DNA of 62,919 nt, filler included, from 5 parts of 5 records of this genome joined end to end with filler, not necessarily neighbours in it, one strand, 5' to 3'. Shown: positions 41,826 through 52,458, counted from the whole stretch's first letter. Notes: generated by a model from the letters alone, not told the origin. Made by a program: numbers and translations.

Positions 41826-42980
41826 ATGCGGATAGTAGCGGATGAGAACATACCCTTACTGGAATCGTTTTTTGGCGATATCGGCGAGATACGACCAGTG
41901 TCCGGGCGCACGATGTCTGCTGCGGATGTTCAGAATGCGGATATCCTGCTGGTTCGTTCAGTCACCCGGGTCAATCAGGCATTGCTTGAAGGAAGCCGGG
42001 TCCGCTTCGTTGGGACCTGTACCATCGGTACCGACCATGTTGATCAGAAATGGCTTGAATCCAGTGGGATCGCGTTTTCGGCGGCGCCCGGCTGCAACGC
42101 CAACAGTGTGGTTGAGTACGTGCTGTCAGTGATCTCACTGCACGCGGAAAAGCGTGGCGTGGCGGATTGGTCAAAACTCAGTGTTGGTATCGTGGGTGCC
42201 GGCAATGTGGGTGGAGAGCTTGCACACAAGCTGGACAGGCTCGGTTTCAATGTGCGCCTTTGTGACCCGCCAAGGGCCGAACGGGAAGGCGACGAAGGCG
42301 AGGAATTTGTCAGTCTTGACGAGGCCATGGCGTGCGACGTGGTAACACTGCACACGCCACTGACCCGCGAGGGAGAGCATGCAACGCTTCATATGTTCGG
42401 GCAGGAACGATTGTCTTCGTTGACTGAAGACCAGTTGCTGATCAATACCAGTCGGGGCGAAGTTATTGAAACCTCCTCCTTGCTGGCGCGTCTGGAAGCG
42501 CCAAACGCGCCTACAGTGGTACTGGATGTCTTTGAGCATGAGCCCCGGGTTAACGCTGAACTGGTGGAAAAAGTATGGCTTGTCACTCCCCATATCGCAG
42601 GCTATAGCCTGGAGGGCAAGGTGCAGGGTAGTGAGGTGGTGTACCAGGCGCTGAGTCGCTATATGGGACTGCCCGCCCGCAAGAAGGCTGGTCAGTTCCT
42701 GCCAGAACCAGCGTTGAGCAAACTCTCTTTTACCAGTGCTGCAGAAGAAATGGCGTCAGCCAATATTGCCATACGGTCCTGCTACGATCCGCGCCAGGAT
42801 GACGCTCGCATGCGGCTGGCAATGGCGTTGCCGCCGGAGGATCGGGCGCAGGCCTTTGACCGGTTGCGCCGGGATTATCCGGTCCGGCGGGAGTTTTCCA
42901 GTTTGAAGATCCAGCTCAAGGGCACCAGTAAATCCATGCAGGATACTTTCCGGGCCCTTGGCTTCAAGCTGAAGCTCTGA
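41826..42980 (+). CDS. pdxB: Erythronate-4-phosphate dehydrogenase
   Basis: MRIVADENIP, LVRSVT, GAGNVG, TPHIAGYS and FDRLRRDYPVRRE. Confidence 0.95.
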   Translation: MRIVADENIPLLESFFGDIGEIRPVSGRTMSAADVQNADILLVRSVTRVNQALLEGSRVRFVGTCTIGTDHVDQKWLESSGIAFSAAPGCNANSVVEYVLSVISLHAEKRGVADWSKLSVGIVGAGNVGGELAHKLDRLGFNVRLCDPPRAEREGDEGEEFVSLDEAMACDVVTLHTPLTREGEHATLHMFGQERLSSLTEDQLLINTSRGEVIETSSLLARLEAPNAPTVVLDVFEHEPRVNAELVEKVWLVTPHIAGYSLEGKVQGSEVVYQALSRYMGLPARKKAGQFLPEPALSKLSFTSAAEEMASANIAIRSCYDPRQDDARMRLAMALPPEDRAQAFDRLRRDYPVRREFSSLKIQLKGTSKSMQDTFRALGFKLKL

Positions 42981-43010
42981 CGTTCCTTCGAACGCGTCTG
43001 TTCGCGCCGA

Positions 43011-43892
43011 TTACAGCTGCGCGCTCTTCAGAGCCTCGATCCGGCTGTCCAGCGGCGGGTGTGTCATGAACAGGGCGCTGATGCCCGCCCTTGCACCTCG
43101 ATTGATGCCAAACGCCTGCAGGCTGTCGGGCATTTGATCAGGCACTTCGCTTTCCTGTTTCAGCCGCGCCAGGGCGTTGATCATGGCGCCACGGCCTGCC
43201 AGTTGCGCGCCAGCGATGTCGGCACGGTATTCCCGGCGACGCGAGAACCAGAACACAATGGTACTGGCAAGAATGCCCAGCACGATTTCCGCCACGATAC
43301 TGACCACGAAGAAGCCGATACCATGCCCGCTTTCGTTCTTGAACACCACGCGGTCAACAAACGAGCCGATCACGCGGGACGCAAAAATCACGAACGTGTT
43401 CACCACACCCTGAATCAGCGCCAGGGTTACCATGTCGCCGTTGGCCACGTGGCCTATTTCGTGGCCCAGGACCGCACGAATTTCCTCCTTGTTAAAGCGG
43501 TGCAGCAGCCCCTCGCTGACGGCTACCAGCGAGTTGTTCTTGTTCCAGCCGGTGGCAAAAGCATTGGATTGTGAAGCCGGGAAAATGGCGACTTCCGGCA
43601 TACCGATGCCGGCATTTTCTGAAAGCTCGCGAACGGTGTCTACCAGCCAGCGCTCAGCCGGCGTACGCGGCGACTCGATCACCTTTGCCTTGGTGCTCCA
43701 CTTAGCCACGGGCTTGGAAATCAGCAGCGATACAATGGCGCCGGCGAAGCCGAAGACCGCAGCGAAGGCAAGCAGCGAACCGTACTGGATACCGTTCTGG
43801 GCGAGATAGCTGTCAACACCCAGAAGTTTCAGGGTAAAACTGGCGACAAGAATGACGGCCAGGTTGGTGGCAAGAAACAGCAGAATACGCAT
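43011..43892 (-). CDS. htpX: Membrane zinc protease HtpX
   Basis: [28 protein letters not shown] and THPP. Confidence 0.96.
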   Translation of the reverse strand: MRILLFLATNLAVILVASFTLKLLGVDSYLAQNGIQYGSLLAFAAVFGFAGAIVSLLISKPVAKWSTKAKVIESPRTPAERWLVDTVRELSENAGIGMPEVAIFPASQSNAFATGWNKNNSLVAVSEGLLHRFNKEEIRAVLGHEIGHVANGDMVTLALIQGVVNTFVIFASRVIGSFVDRVVFKNESGHGIGFFVVSIVAEIVLGILASTIVFWFSRRREYRADIAGAQLAGRGAMINALARLKQESEVPDQMPDSLQAFGINRGARAGISALFMTHPPLDSRIEALKSAQL

Positions 43893-43989
43893 CTTGAATC
43901 CCTTGTTGAATCGTCGGCCGCAGACCGCGGTTTGTGTCTGGGTATTTATATGTGGCCAGTGTGGCCATGTTCAACAGGTTTACGCCAAT

Positions 43990-44451
43990 TTAATGATCGG
44001 ACCGGTCGCGAAAGAACGTCGCCTGCATTACGCGGCTGATTTTTGCGGAGCTACCGCTTCGGAGGGCGTTGCGAAGCATGTGTATGTGCGTGGAAAAATC
44101 CTCGCGGATAGCCGGTGGCAGGTCCTGGCTGCTGTCAGCGTTGTTTTCTTCATGCAGATCTGGGCTGGCAGGCGAACTCAGGCGCACGAACGCCCGCTGG
44201 GTCAGCACGGCCTGGTCCAAGGCTTCCTGGCGGATGGTATCCACGTAGCGGAGCAGGCCTTCCTCAGCTAACCAGAGCAGGGTGCCGAAGCAGGCCATGT
44301 GCCGCTTGCTGTGGAGCCCGAACTCGTCTGGTTCGTCGGGGCCAGCAATGTCTTCCACAAACAGGTTGACCCGGCGGGGAAAGGCATTGTAGAGCTGAAC
44401 CAGGGCGATTGCGGCGTCCTTGTAGAACTCTTCGATATGAATGTCCGCCAT
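43990..44451 (-). CDS. Conserved hypothetical protein (Pseudomonadales/Marinobacter type)
   Basis: Co-oriented between alaA and htpX; DIAGPDEPDEFGLHSKRH pattern. Confidence 0.75.
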   Translation of the reverse strand: MADIHIEEFYKDAAIALVQLYNAFPRRVNLFVEDIAGPDEPDEFGLHSKRHMACFGTLLWLAEEGLLRYVDTIRQEALDQAVLTQRAFVRLSSPASPDLHEENNADSSQDLPPAIREDFSTHIHMLRNALRSGSSAKISRVMQATFFRDRSDH

Positions 44452-44461
44452 CAAGCCCCCT

Positions 44462-45676
44462 TCACAACTGGTAAGACGACAGGAAGTGTGCCAAACGCTT
44501 CATGGCATCCTCAAGGGCGTCCTCGCGGGGTAGGAAGACCACGCGCAGGTGTTGCTTGTCGTCGATGTTGAAGGCGGAACCCTGAACCAGGAGGATGCGC
44601 TCCTGCAGCAGCAGGTCCAGTACCAGCTTTTCGTCATTGACGATGGGGAAGCGCTTCGGGTCCAGCTTTGGAAACAGATATAGAGCGCCTTTGGGCTTCA
44701 CACAGCTGACGCCTGGAATATCATTGAGCAGGTTCCAGGCGGTTTCCCGTTGTTCGAACAGGCGACCGCCCGGTGCCACCAGGTCTTCGATTGACTGGTA
44801 GCCCCCAAGTGCGGTCTGGATGGCCAGCTGTGCCGGTACGTTGGCACACAGCCGCATGTTGGAGAGCATTTCGATGCCCTCGATCAGGTCCCGCGCGCGG
44901 TGTTTGGCGCCGCTGATAATCATCCAGCCGGAACGGTAACCGGCGGCACGATAGTTCTTGGACAGGCCGTTATAGGTAAAGAACAGCACGTCATCCGCCA
45001 GTGACGCGGTGGGGACGTGTTCAGTGCCGTCGTACAGGATTTTGTCGTAGATCTCATCTGACAGCACGATCAGGTTGTGCTGCCGCGCCAGTTCCACCAC
45101 CTGTTCCAGCAATTCGCGGGAGTACACGGCGCCGGTGGGGTTGTTGGGGTTGATAAGCACGATAGCCCGGGTGCGGCGGGTGATTTTCTTGCGGATATCG
45201 TCGATATCCGGGAACCAGTCCTGTTGCTCGTCGCATCGGTAGTGAACCGGCTTGCCACTGGACAGGGTCACGGCGGCCGTCCAGAGCGGATAGTCAGGGG
45301 CCGGGATCAGAACCTCGTCGCCGGTATTGAGCATGGCCTGCATGGACATCACGATCATTTCGCTGACGCCGTTGCCCAGGTAGATATCGTCGATATCCAC
45401 CTTGTCGATGCCACGTTGCTGGCAATAGTGCATCACCGCCTTACGCGCAGAGAACAACCCCTTTGATTCCACATACCCCTGGGCCAGGGGCATGTTGTGA
45501 ATAACGTCCTGCTGGATTTCCTCGGGAACGTCCAGTTCGAAAGCCGCTGGGTTGCCGATATTGAGCTTGAGAACCCGGTGGCCCTCTTCCTCCAGCCGAC
45601 GGGCTTCACGCAGAACCACGCCACGTATCTCGTAACACACGTTATCCAGCTTGGCGGATTTGAGATAGTTCTGCAT
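44462..45676 (-). CDS. alaA: PLP-dependent alanine (glutamate-pyruvate) aminotransferase
   Basis: YEIRG, LKLNIGNP, INPNNPTG, DEIYDK and GLSKNYRAAGYRSGW. Confidence 0.92.
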   Translation of the reverse strand: MQNYLKSAKLDNVCYEIRGVVLREARRLEEEGHRVLKLNIGNPAAFELDVPEEIQQDVIHNMPLAQGYVESKGLFSARKAVMHYCQQRGIDKVDIDDIYLGNGVSEMIVMSMQAMLNTGDEVLIPAPDYPLWTAAVTLSSGKPVHYRCDEQQDWFPDIDDIRKKITRRTRAIVLINPNNPTGAVYSRELLEQVVELARQHNLIVLSDEIYDKILYDGTEHVPTASLADDVLFFTYNGLSKNYRAAGYRSGWMIISGAKHRARDLIEGIEMLSNMRLCANVPAQLAIQTALGGYQSIEDLVAPGGRLFEQRETAWNLLNDIPGVSCVKPKGALYLFPKLDPKRFPIVNDEKLVLDLLLQERILLVQGSAFNIDDKQHLRVVFLPREDALEDAMKRLAHFLSSYQL

Positions 45677-45862
45677 AAGCCCGGTATTTCCTTAGATCGG
45701 TAAGATGACAAGTGCCATGTTTCAAAGACAAGTCTGTATTCTAGCGGAGCAACGGCCGGCGGCAACAGGCCAATTGTGATGAATTGTGGCACAAATGCGG
45801 AGATTTAACGCCCAAAGCTCACAGATTCCATGAACTGAGCGTGGCAACCGTGACGGAATCAG

Positions 45863-45905
45863 TTGTAAATAGGGTTGTGCAAAATATAATAGCGAAAAAT
45901 ACAAG
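45863..45905 (+). promoter_or_regulatory. Sigma70 promoter of gpx-ohrR, with an overlapping AT-rich candidate OhrR site
   Basis: TTGTAA (45863-45868), 16-nt spacer, TATAAT (45885-45890); GGAGG RBS follows. Confidence 0.6.
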
Positions 45906-45916
45906 GGAGGAATGTA

Positions 45917-46402
45917 ATGAGCACCCAAAGCATCTACGACTTTAACGCGGCCGATATTCGCGGTGAGGAGCATTCCCTGGATGAGTTCCGTGGCAAAGTT
46001 CTGTTGATCGTAAACACGGCCAGCAAATGCGGTTTCACTCCCCAGTTTGAGGGTTTGCAGTCCCTGTACGTCGAGCTGAAAGAAAAAGGCCTCGAAGTGC
46101 TCGGTTTCCCCTGCAACCAGTTCCGGAATCAGGACCCGGCGGACGACAAGGCCATCAGCGAATTCTGTAGCCTTAGCTACGGCGTGGACTTTCCCATGTT
46201 CGCAAAGATTGACGTCAACGGCCCTAATGCCCACCCGCTGTTTGAGTACCTGAAGCACAGTGCCAAAGGGCTGTTGGGATCGGAAGCTGTAAAATGGAAC
46301 TTCACCAAGTTCCTGGTGAATCGTGAGGGTGAAGTGGTGCGTCGTTACCCGCCGACCACCAAGCCGTCTGCCATTCGCGCCGACATTGAAGCGTTACTGT
46401 GA
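45917..46402 (+). CDS. Cys-type glutathione peroxidase family protein
   Basis: VNTASKCGFTPQ, GFPCNQF and KWNFTKFL. Confidence 0.95.
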   Translation: MSTQSIYDFNAADIRGEEHSLDEFRGKVLLIVNTASKCGFTPQFEGLQSLYVELKEKGLEVLGFPCNQFRNQDPADDKAISEFCSLSYGVDFPMFAKIDVNGPNAHPLFEYLKHSAKGLLGSEAVKWNFTKFLVNREGEVVRRYPPTTKPSAIRADIEALL

Positions 46403-46405
46403 ACC

Positions 46406-46876
46406 ATGACTGACGAAGACGACGTCCTGGCGCTGGATAATCAGCTCTGTTTTGCCCTCTACGCCGCCAACCGGGCAATAACCGCCCGCTATCGTCCGCT
46501 GCTGGCGGAACTGAATCTGACCTATCCGCAGTATCTGGTCATGTTGGTGTTGTGGGAAGCCGGGGAGAACGGACAGACGGTCAGGGTGTCTGACCTGGGT
46601 AAACGACTGCGCCTGGATTCCGGAACCCTGACGCCGCTGCTCAAACGTCTGGCTGAGCGTGATCTGGTCACCCGTTTGCGGGATACCACCGATGAGCGAG
46701 TGGTTACGGTCGCCCCCACTGAGAAGGGCAGTGCCATGCGCCAGCAGGCTCGGGACATTCCCGGCCGCCTGCTGTGTGGTACGGGCATTGATCAGGAGCG
46801 CATTGTGGAATTGAGGGAAGAGCTGCGATCTGTCCTCAGTCTTCTGGAGGCTGGGGAGGCGCCCAGCGGTCAATAA
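46406..46876 (+). CDS. ohrR: OhrR/OspR-type MarR redox regulator
   Basis: LDNQLCFALY, LTYPQYLVM and LDSGTLTPLLKRL; second Cys near the C-terminus; downstream of gpx. Confidence 0.88.
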   Translation: MTDEDDVLALDNQLCFALYAANRAITARYRPLLAELNLTYPQYLVMLVLWEAGENGQTVRVSDLGKRLRLDSGTLTPLLKRLAERDLVTRLRDTTDERVVTVAPTEKGSAMRQQARDIPGRLLCGTGIDQERIVELREELRSVLSLLEAGEAPSGQ

Positions 46877-49169
46877 TGGATTTCAGGTCGGCACGATTGT
46901 AAGGTTTGGTGATGTAGTCATTCATGCCGGACTCGAGGCAGTCGTCCCGGTCTCCCTGCATGACGTTGGCGGTGACCGCGATCACTGGCAGATCCTGCCA
47001 CTCAGGGTTTTCACGAATGTTGCGGGTGGCCTCATAGCCGTCCATCACCGGCATTTGGCAATCCATCAGTACAATATCGAATCTCCTTTCGCCTTGCTGC
47101 AAGGCTTCCAGTGCCTGCTTGCCGTTTTCGGCCAGGGTGACGGTGTGGCCCAGCTTTTTCAGCATGCTGCTGGCGACCACCTGATTTACCTGATTGTCTT
47201 CGACCAGAAGAAGATTCAGCGTGCGTGACACGCCAGCCGGGGTTGCGATGATTCTTGCCCTGTCCCCGATGTCCAGCCCAGCGGCCCTGCACAGTGTTCG
47301 GTACAACTGCTCACGTCTGAGTGGCATCGACAGTATCTGACGATCTTTGGTGGGATGGGCGGAGCCGTCCCGGTCCACCAGAATAATGCCGGTGCCGGAC
47401 CAGGACGATGCCAGTTGTGCCGCGGTCTCGTCGCTTTCGTTGGCGGCGATCATCAGAATTCCCTCTCCGTCGGGTGCCGCTTCGCGCAGTGGAATGCCCC
47501 AGGCTCTCAGTTGATGCTCGATGGGCGTGCGGTGCGGATAGTCCCGGGGCATCCCGATATCGACACCTACCTGCTGAAGTAGGCTTGGAATAGCCGGCAT
47601 CGACGGTTGGCTCTCCTGCTCATCGTGAACCGGCAGGGGCAGGTTCACAGTGAAGTGTGTGCCTTCGTGCTCCTCGGAATCTACCAGGATCTGGCCATGC
47701 ATCCGCTCCACCAGTTGACGACACAGTGTCAGGCCCAGGCCAGTGCCGCCATAGAGCCGGGTAGTGTCACTGTCAGCCTGTGAGAAGGGTGAGAATATCC
47801 TGTGCAGCCCTTCCTTGGACATGCCGATACCGGTGTCGACAACGTCAATGCGTACGTTGCCGTTGTAGCGGGTGGCGTGGATGCGGACGAAGCCTTGCTC
47901 GGTGAATTTAATAGCGTTACTGAGCAGGTTGTTCAGGATCTGCCGAGTTCGGGTGGGATCGCCAAGAAAGCTTTCGGGCAGGTCACAGTCGATGTCCGCC
48001 ACAACGTCAATATTCTTGCGCCTGGCTTGTTGGGCATGCAGTGTCGCACACTCTTCCACCAGGTTGCGGAGTGAAAACGGGATGTTCTCCAGGCTCAATT
48101 TCCCGGCTTCGACCTTGGAGATGTCCAGAATGTCGTTTAACAGACCGAGCAAACTCTGGCCGGCATTGAGCGCAATTTCCAACCGGTTTCGTTGTGCCTG
48201 TTCCATGTCGCCTTCCAGCGCCAGGCCCAACATCCCCAGAACACCGTTGAGTGGTGTGCGTATCTCATGGCTCATGCTGGCTAGGAAATTGGCACGGGCC
48301 CTGGCACGGCGTACAGCGTCCTCTTTGGCGCGAACCAGGGCGCGGTTGCCTCGCTGCAAGGCATCGTTCTTCTCGGAAATTTCCCGAGTGCGGTCTTCCA
48401 CCTCCTGTTCCAGCTGGCTGGAGTAGTTCTTCATCGCACTTTCGGCCATCCTGAGCTGTGCGAGGCTGGAATCGATGGTTTCCAGATGCTGGTTGATGAC
48501 ACCCACCATCAGCCCGATCTCATCTTCACGATGATTCTCCGGCACAGGAAGCCGGACCTTCTCAGGCGTTTCAGCCTTGACCCGGCTCAGAGCACCGATG
48601 ACGTTCAGCATGGGCCGGGTCAGCACAAAGAAGAAAATGAACAGCAGTGCAGCAGTCAGCACCAGGCTTTTCAGCAGGCCGCTGATGACGGTATAGCCCG
48701 CGCGTTGGAGGAACAGCAGGCCGTAGTGGTAGGTATCGATGGTGACCGTGAGGCTCCCGAGGGAGAGGTCGCTCAGCTGCGGTACCACCAGTTCCTGACT
48801 GAATACGCGGCTGTCACCAAAGAGCAGGTCGCTGATCCACCGATAGCGCGAATCCGGGCTGCTTTGGCTCGCCGCAGCCATGGTTTGGCCATTGTTATCG
48901 ATAATACGGGCGTCGATGGTTGCGGGATGGCGAAGCAAGCCATCAAGAAGCTCTTCCGCAAGCCGGATGTCGATGTTGTAGGCGATCTGCGAAGCGGGGC
49001 TGTGACTGATTTCGATGAGCGCACGGATCTCCTGCTCCATGGAGTCCCTGGCGCTGAAATAATCGAGAGTGACCTGGACAATGTTGAGCACAAGGCCCAA
49101 TACCATTGCTATTAAAACAGTGTCACGGGTCAGGCGATAGGATAGCCGCTTTTGGAATGCAGTTGTCAC
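46836..49169 (-). CDS. Membrane-bound hybrid sensor histidine kinase/response regulator
   Basis: Two TM segments and HAMP; MSHEIRTPLNG; N box NLLSNAIKFT; G boxes DTGIG and GGTGLGL; C-terminal receiver LMDCQMPVMDG. Confidence 0.95.
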   Translation of the reverse strand: MTTAFQKRLSYRLTRDTVLIAMVLGLVLNIVQVTLDYFSARDSMEQEIRALIEISHSPASQIAYNIDIRLAEELLDGLLRHPATIDARIIDNNGQTMAAASQSSPDSRYRWISDLLFGDSRVFSQELVVPQLSDLSLGSLTVTIDTYHYGLLFLQRAGYTVISGLLKSLVLTAALLFIFFFVLTRPMLNVIGALSRVKAETPEKVRLPVPENHREDEIGLMVGVINQHLETIDSSLAQLRMAESAMKNYSSQLEQEVEDRTREISEKNDALQRGNRALVRAKEDAVRRARARANFLASMSHEIRTPLNGVLGMLGLALEGDMEQAQRNRLEIALNAGQSLLGLLNDILDISKVEAGKLSLENIPFSLRNLVEECATLHAQQARRKNIDVVADIDCDLPESFLGDPTRTRQILNNLLSNAIKFTEQGFVRIHATRYNGNVRIDVVDTGIGMSKEGLHRIFSPFSQADSDTTRLYGGTGLGLTLCRQLVERMHGQILVDSEEHEGTHFTVNLPLPVHDEQESQPSMPAIPSLLQQVGVDIGMPRDYPHRTPIEHQLRAWGIPLREAAPDGEGILMIAANESDETAAQLASSWSGTGIILVDRDGSAHPTKDRQILSMPLRREQLYRTLCRAAGLDIGDRARIIATPAGVSRTLNLLLVEDNQVNQVVASSMLKKLGHTVTLAENGKQALEALQQGERRFDIVLMDCQMPVMDGYEATRNIRENPEWQDLPVIAVTANVMQGDRDDCLESGMNDYITKPYNRADLKSIIDRWAPPQPPED

Positions 49170-49228
49170 GGCGTTTCACGGTCCCTGTTGTAACGTTTCG
49201 GTGGTTTTCGCGGGGCGCCAGTTGGCGC

Positions 49229-50002
49229 CTAGTCGTCGTAGTCGGCTTTCTTGCGCCACTCATCGTCGTGGAGGAACGTATCCCATTCCTTGTCCAGGCT
49301 TGACTGGCCCTCGGCCGCGGCGCTGTGTTCTTCGTCCCCCTTGATGGCTTCCAGTTCCTTGATGCGGGTACGGAAACTTTTCACGGCTTTCATGGCCATC
49401 GGGTTGTCCCTGGACTTGCCCATTTCGGTACTGGCCAGATGATAGGCGTGAATGGCCTTTCGAATCTGGTTCTGCTTCACATAATCGCGTGCCTGGAACA
49501 CATGCAGGTCGGCGTGGGTCTTGTGCACCAGGAACAACACGAACTTCAGGTTTTTCTTGGCGGTGGCGCTATCAATCTTGCCGGCCTTGTGCATGCCCTC
49601 GATCATCTTGAACAGATTTTGCAGCAGCTCCTGGACATAGGTGGACTTTTCGGGGGAGTCGATCTTGATCGGAGTGCGCTTGTCTTCGCCGTCCATTACG
49701 GACTTTTTCAGCTGTTGTACAGCACTCAGTCGTTCTTCAACGGGCTGATCAGATTTCAGGGCCTGGAGGTCTTTGCACGACTCCTCCATCCGCTTGATCA
49801 ATAGCAGTTTCAAATCTGCAGTGAAATACTGGCCCGGGATTTCGGAGAGCAGGCGGCCGGCTCTTTTGTAGCTGTCTTCCAGAGCCGTTGTTTTACGAAT
49901 ACGCTCGATGCGTGCGCGCTCTCGCATCTGACTGGCCACAATAATAATGATCGAAACGGTAACGACAGCCGCCAGTAGCAGCACAATCATTGTGGTATCC
50001 AT
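49229..50002 (-). CDS. Hypothetical membrane-anchored helical protein
   Basis: N-terminal TM (IVLLLAAVVTVSIIIIV) followed by charged helices; ATG at 50002. Confidence 0.8.
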   Translation of the reverse strand: MDTTMIVLLLAAVVTVSIIIIVASQMRERARIERIRKTTALEDSYKRAGRLLSEIPGQYFTADLKLLLIKRMEESCKDLQALKSDQPVEERLSAVQQLKKSVMDGEDKRTPIKIDSPEKSTYVQELLQNLFKMIEGMHKAGKIDSATAKKNLKFVLFLVHKTHADLHVFQARDYVKQNQIRKAIHAYHLASTEMGKSRDNPMAMKAVKSFRTRIKELEAIKGDEEHSAAAEGQSSLDKEWDTFLHDDEWRKKADYDD

Positions 50003-50145
50003 CTTGTTGCAAACACTCCGGCTGAATGGACAGGCCACTGGCAGCTCCGGCCACAGAAAAAATCCGGAGAAATCCAGCAAGTATACGGAAGATTAGCAGA
50101 AAACCCCGGATGATTCCGTTCTGAAATGTGAAAGATTGCAGCTTC

Positions 50146-50168
50146 ATATCAATCCGATGAATTGATAT
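50146..50168. promoter_or_regulatory. Palindromic site upstream of the LysR gene
   Basis: ATATCAAT-N7-ATTGATAT in the divergent intergenic region. Confidence 0.5.
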
Positions 50169-50234
50169 CCTGTTGACCATTATTCTAGTGAATGAAAGCT
50201 GTTTTTACGTGTTACTTCCGATAGGGGCCACGTC

Positions 50235-50834
50235 ATGGACATTTCCCGGGTAGACCTCAATCTGCTTGTTTATCTCGATGTACTGTTGCGGGAGCGGAAT
50301 GTCACCAAAGCCGCCAATCATCTTGGGATTACCCAGCCCGCGATGAGCAACGGTCTGCGCCGACTGCGGGACCTGTTCGGAGACCCGCTGCTGGTTCGTA
50401 CCAGTGAGGGGATGACCGCAACCGAGCGTGCCACTGAGCTACAGCCACTGGTGCGGAGCATTCTGTCCGATATTGAGCAGGCGGTTCATGAGAAAACCGC
50501 GTTCGCGGCTATGGAAAGTCAGCGCGTGTTTCGGATCATGGCCAGTGACTACGCGGAATCCTGCCTGATGCCACGGGTACTTCGCCGGATTCGTCAAGAA
50601 GCGCCTCATGTGACTCTGGATGTTCTTACCCCCAGTGACGTGAGCTTCCTCGACGTGGAGCAGGGGCGCCTCGATATGGCGATCAACCGTTTTGACAAGA
50701 TCCCCCAGTCGTTCCACCAGAAAACTCTGTGGACGGAGTACTTTGCCTGCCTGATGAACGCACGTAACCCGATACTCAAGGAGCCGTTTACCCTCGATAC
50801 CTACCTGGACGCCAGTCATATCTGGGTCAGCAAG
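50235..50834 (+). CDS. LysR family regulator (3' truncated)
   Basis: DLNLLVYLDVLLRERNVTKAA...TQPAMSNGLRRLR HTH. Confidence 0.93.
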
Positions 50835-50934
50835 NNNNNNNNNNNNNNNNNNNNNNNNNNNNNNNNNNNNNNNNNNNNTTAATTAATTAANNNNNNNNNN
50901 NNNNNNNNNNNNNNNNNNNNNNNNNNNNNNNNNN
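50835..50934. other. Artificial contig spacer
   Basis: N44-TTAATTAATTAA-N44. Confidence 0.98.
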
Positions 50935-52395
50935 CAGGGCGGCTTCCAGGAAATCCCGCAGATGGCACTGTTCGAGGACATGGTCTGCTATCAGGAAGAA
51001 GTCCGCGACCCGACCCGGATCGCCGAAGTCCTGAACCGCGTGATCGAGCAGGCCTGGCGCGGCAGCGCGCCGGCGCAGATCAACGTGCCGCGCGATTTCT
51101 GGACTCAGGTCGTCGACATTGAAATTCCCGACACCGTCAAGCTCGAGCGTCCCGCCGGGGGGGCCGCAGCAATTGCCGACGCGGCGAAGCTGCTGTCCGA
51201 AGCAAAATTCCCGGTCATCCTGAATGGTGCCGGTGTGGTGCTGTCCGGGGGCATTCCGGCTTCCGCCGCGCTCGCCGAAAAACTCAGCGCACCGGTCTGC
51301 TGCGGCTATCAGCACAATGATGCTTTCCCGGGCTCGCACCCGCTGTTCGCCGGACCGCTCGGCTACAACGGCTCCAAGGCGGCGATGGAACTGATCTCCA
51401 AGGCTGATGTCGTTCTGGCACTGGGGACGCGCCTCAACCCGTTCTCGACGCTGCCGGGATACGGCATCGATTACTGGCCCAAGGATGCCAAGGTCATCCA
51501 GGTCGACATGAACGCTGACCGTATCGGTTTGACCAAGAAAGTCACCGTTGCCATTCAGGGCGATGCCAAATTGGTCGCCGAAAGCCTGCTGTCGCAGCTT
51601 TCCGCCGAGGCTGGTAACGCCGGTCGCGACGACCGTGAAAAGCTGATCCACCAGACCCGTTCGGCCTGGTTGCAGCAGTTGTCGTCGATGGATCACGAAG
51701 ACGACGATCCGGGCACCACCTGGAACGAACGCGCCCGCAAGGCGAAGCCCAAGCACATGTCGCCGCGTATGGCATGGCGTGCCATCCAGGCTGCAATGCC
51801 GAAGGACGTGATCATCTCGTCCGACATCGGCAACAACTGCGCCATCGGCAACGCCTATCCGACCTTCGAGAAGGGCCGCCGCTATCTGGCGCCGGGCCTG
51901 TTCGGTCCCTGCGGTTATGGTCTGCCGTCGATCGTCGGCGCCAAGATTGCAAAACCGGACATGCCGGTAATCGGCTTTGCCGGCGATGGTGCCTTTGGTA
52001 TCTCGATGAACGAAATGACGGCGATCGGTCGCGACCCGTGGCCGCCGATCACGATGGTGATCTTCCGCAACTACCAGTGGGGTGCGGAAAAGCGCAACAC
52101 GACCCTGTGGTATGCGGATAACTTCGTCGGCACCGAACTCGACATGGATGTCGAGTACGCCAAGATTGCCGAAGCGTGCGGCGTCAAAGGTGTCCAGGTC
52201 ACGACCATGCAGGAACTGACCGAACAGCTCGCGAAAGCCGTTGATGCACAGATGAAAGATGGAGAAACGACCTTCATCGAAGTCGTGCTCAACCAGGAAC
52301 TTGGTGAGCCGTTCCGCCGTGACGCCATGAAGGCGCCGGTTGAGGTTGCCGGGATCAATCCCGCCGACATGGTCCCACAGCAGGGCGCTGAATAA
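50935..52395 (+). CDS. xsc: Sulfoacetaldehyde acetyltransferase (5' truncated)
   Basis: Frame open from 50935 (QGGFQE); GPLGYNGSKAAM, SSDIGNNC, GDGAFGISMNE, NYQWGAEKRN and LGEPFRRDAM. Confidence 0.93.
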   Translation, partial: QGGFQEIPQMALFEDMVCYQEEVRDPTRIAEVLNRVIEQAWRGSAPAQINVPRDFWTQVVDIEIPDTVKLERPAGGAAAIADAAKLLSEAKFPVILNGAGVVLSGGIPASAALAEKLSAPVCCGYQHNDAFPGSHPLFAGPLGYNGSKAAMELISKADVVLALGTRLNPFSTLPGYGIDYWPKDAKVIQVDMNADRIGLTKKVTVAIQGDAKLVAESLLSQLSAEAGNAGRDDREKLIHQTRSAWLQQLSSMDHEDDDPGTTWNERARKAKPKHMSPRMAWRAIQAAMPKDVIISSDIGNNCAIGNAYPTFEKGRRYLAPGLFGPCGYGLPSIVGAKIAKPDMPVIGFAGDGAFGISMNEMTAIGRDPWPPITMVIFRNYQWGAEKRNTTLWYADNFVGTELDMDVEYAKIAEACGVKGVQVTTMQELTEQLAKAVDAQMKDGETTFIEVVLNQELGEPFRRDAMKAPVEVAGINPADMVPQQGAE

Positions 52396-52425
52396 AATCT
52401 GTCCTGTAGTTTTCTGACGATGAAC

Positions 52426-52458
52426 AGCCCCGGAGCCGGTTATGGCTTCGGGGCTTTT
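52426..52458 (+). terminator. Rho-independent terminator after xsc
   Basis: AGCCCCGGAGCC-ggttat-GGCTTCGGGGCT followed by TTT. Confidence 0.85.

Noticed and set aside
45917-46402. Selenocysteine-containing glutathione peroxidase
   Set aside because: The active-site codon is TGC (Cys); there is no in-frame TGA.
38015-50834. Novel system in the Marinobacter-like contig
   Set aside because: Ordinary housekeeping and redox genes; no mobile, defence or compositionally anomalous segment was seen.
50935-52395. Functional link between xsc and the sulfate transporter or ThDP enzyme of contig 2
   Set aside because: Different contigs separated by artificial spacers, probably different organisms.
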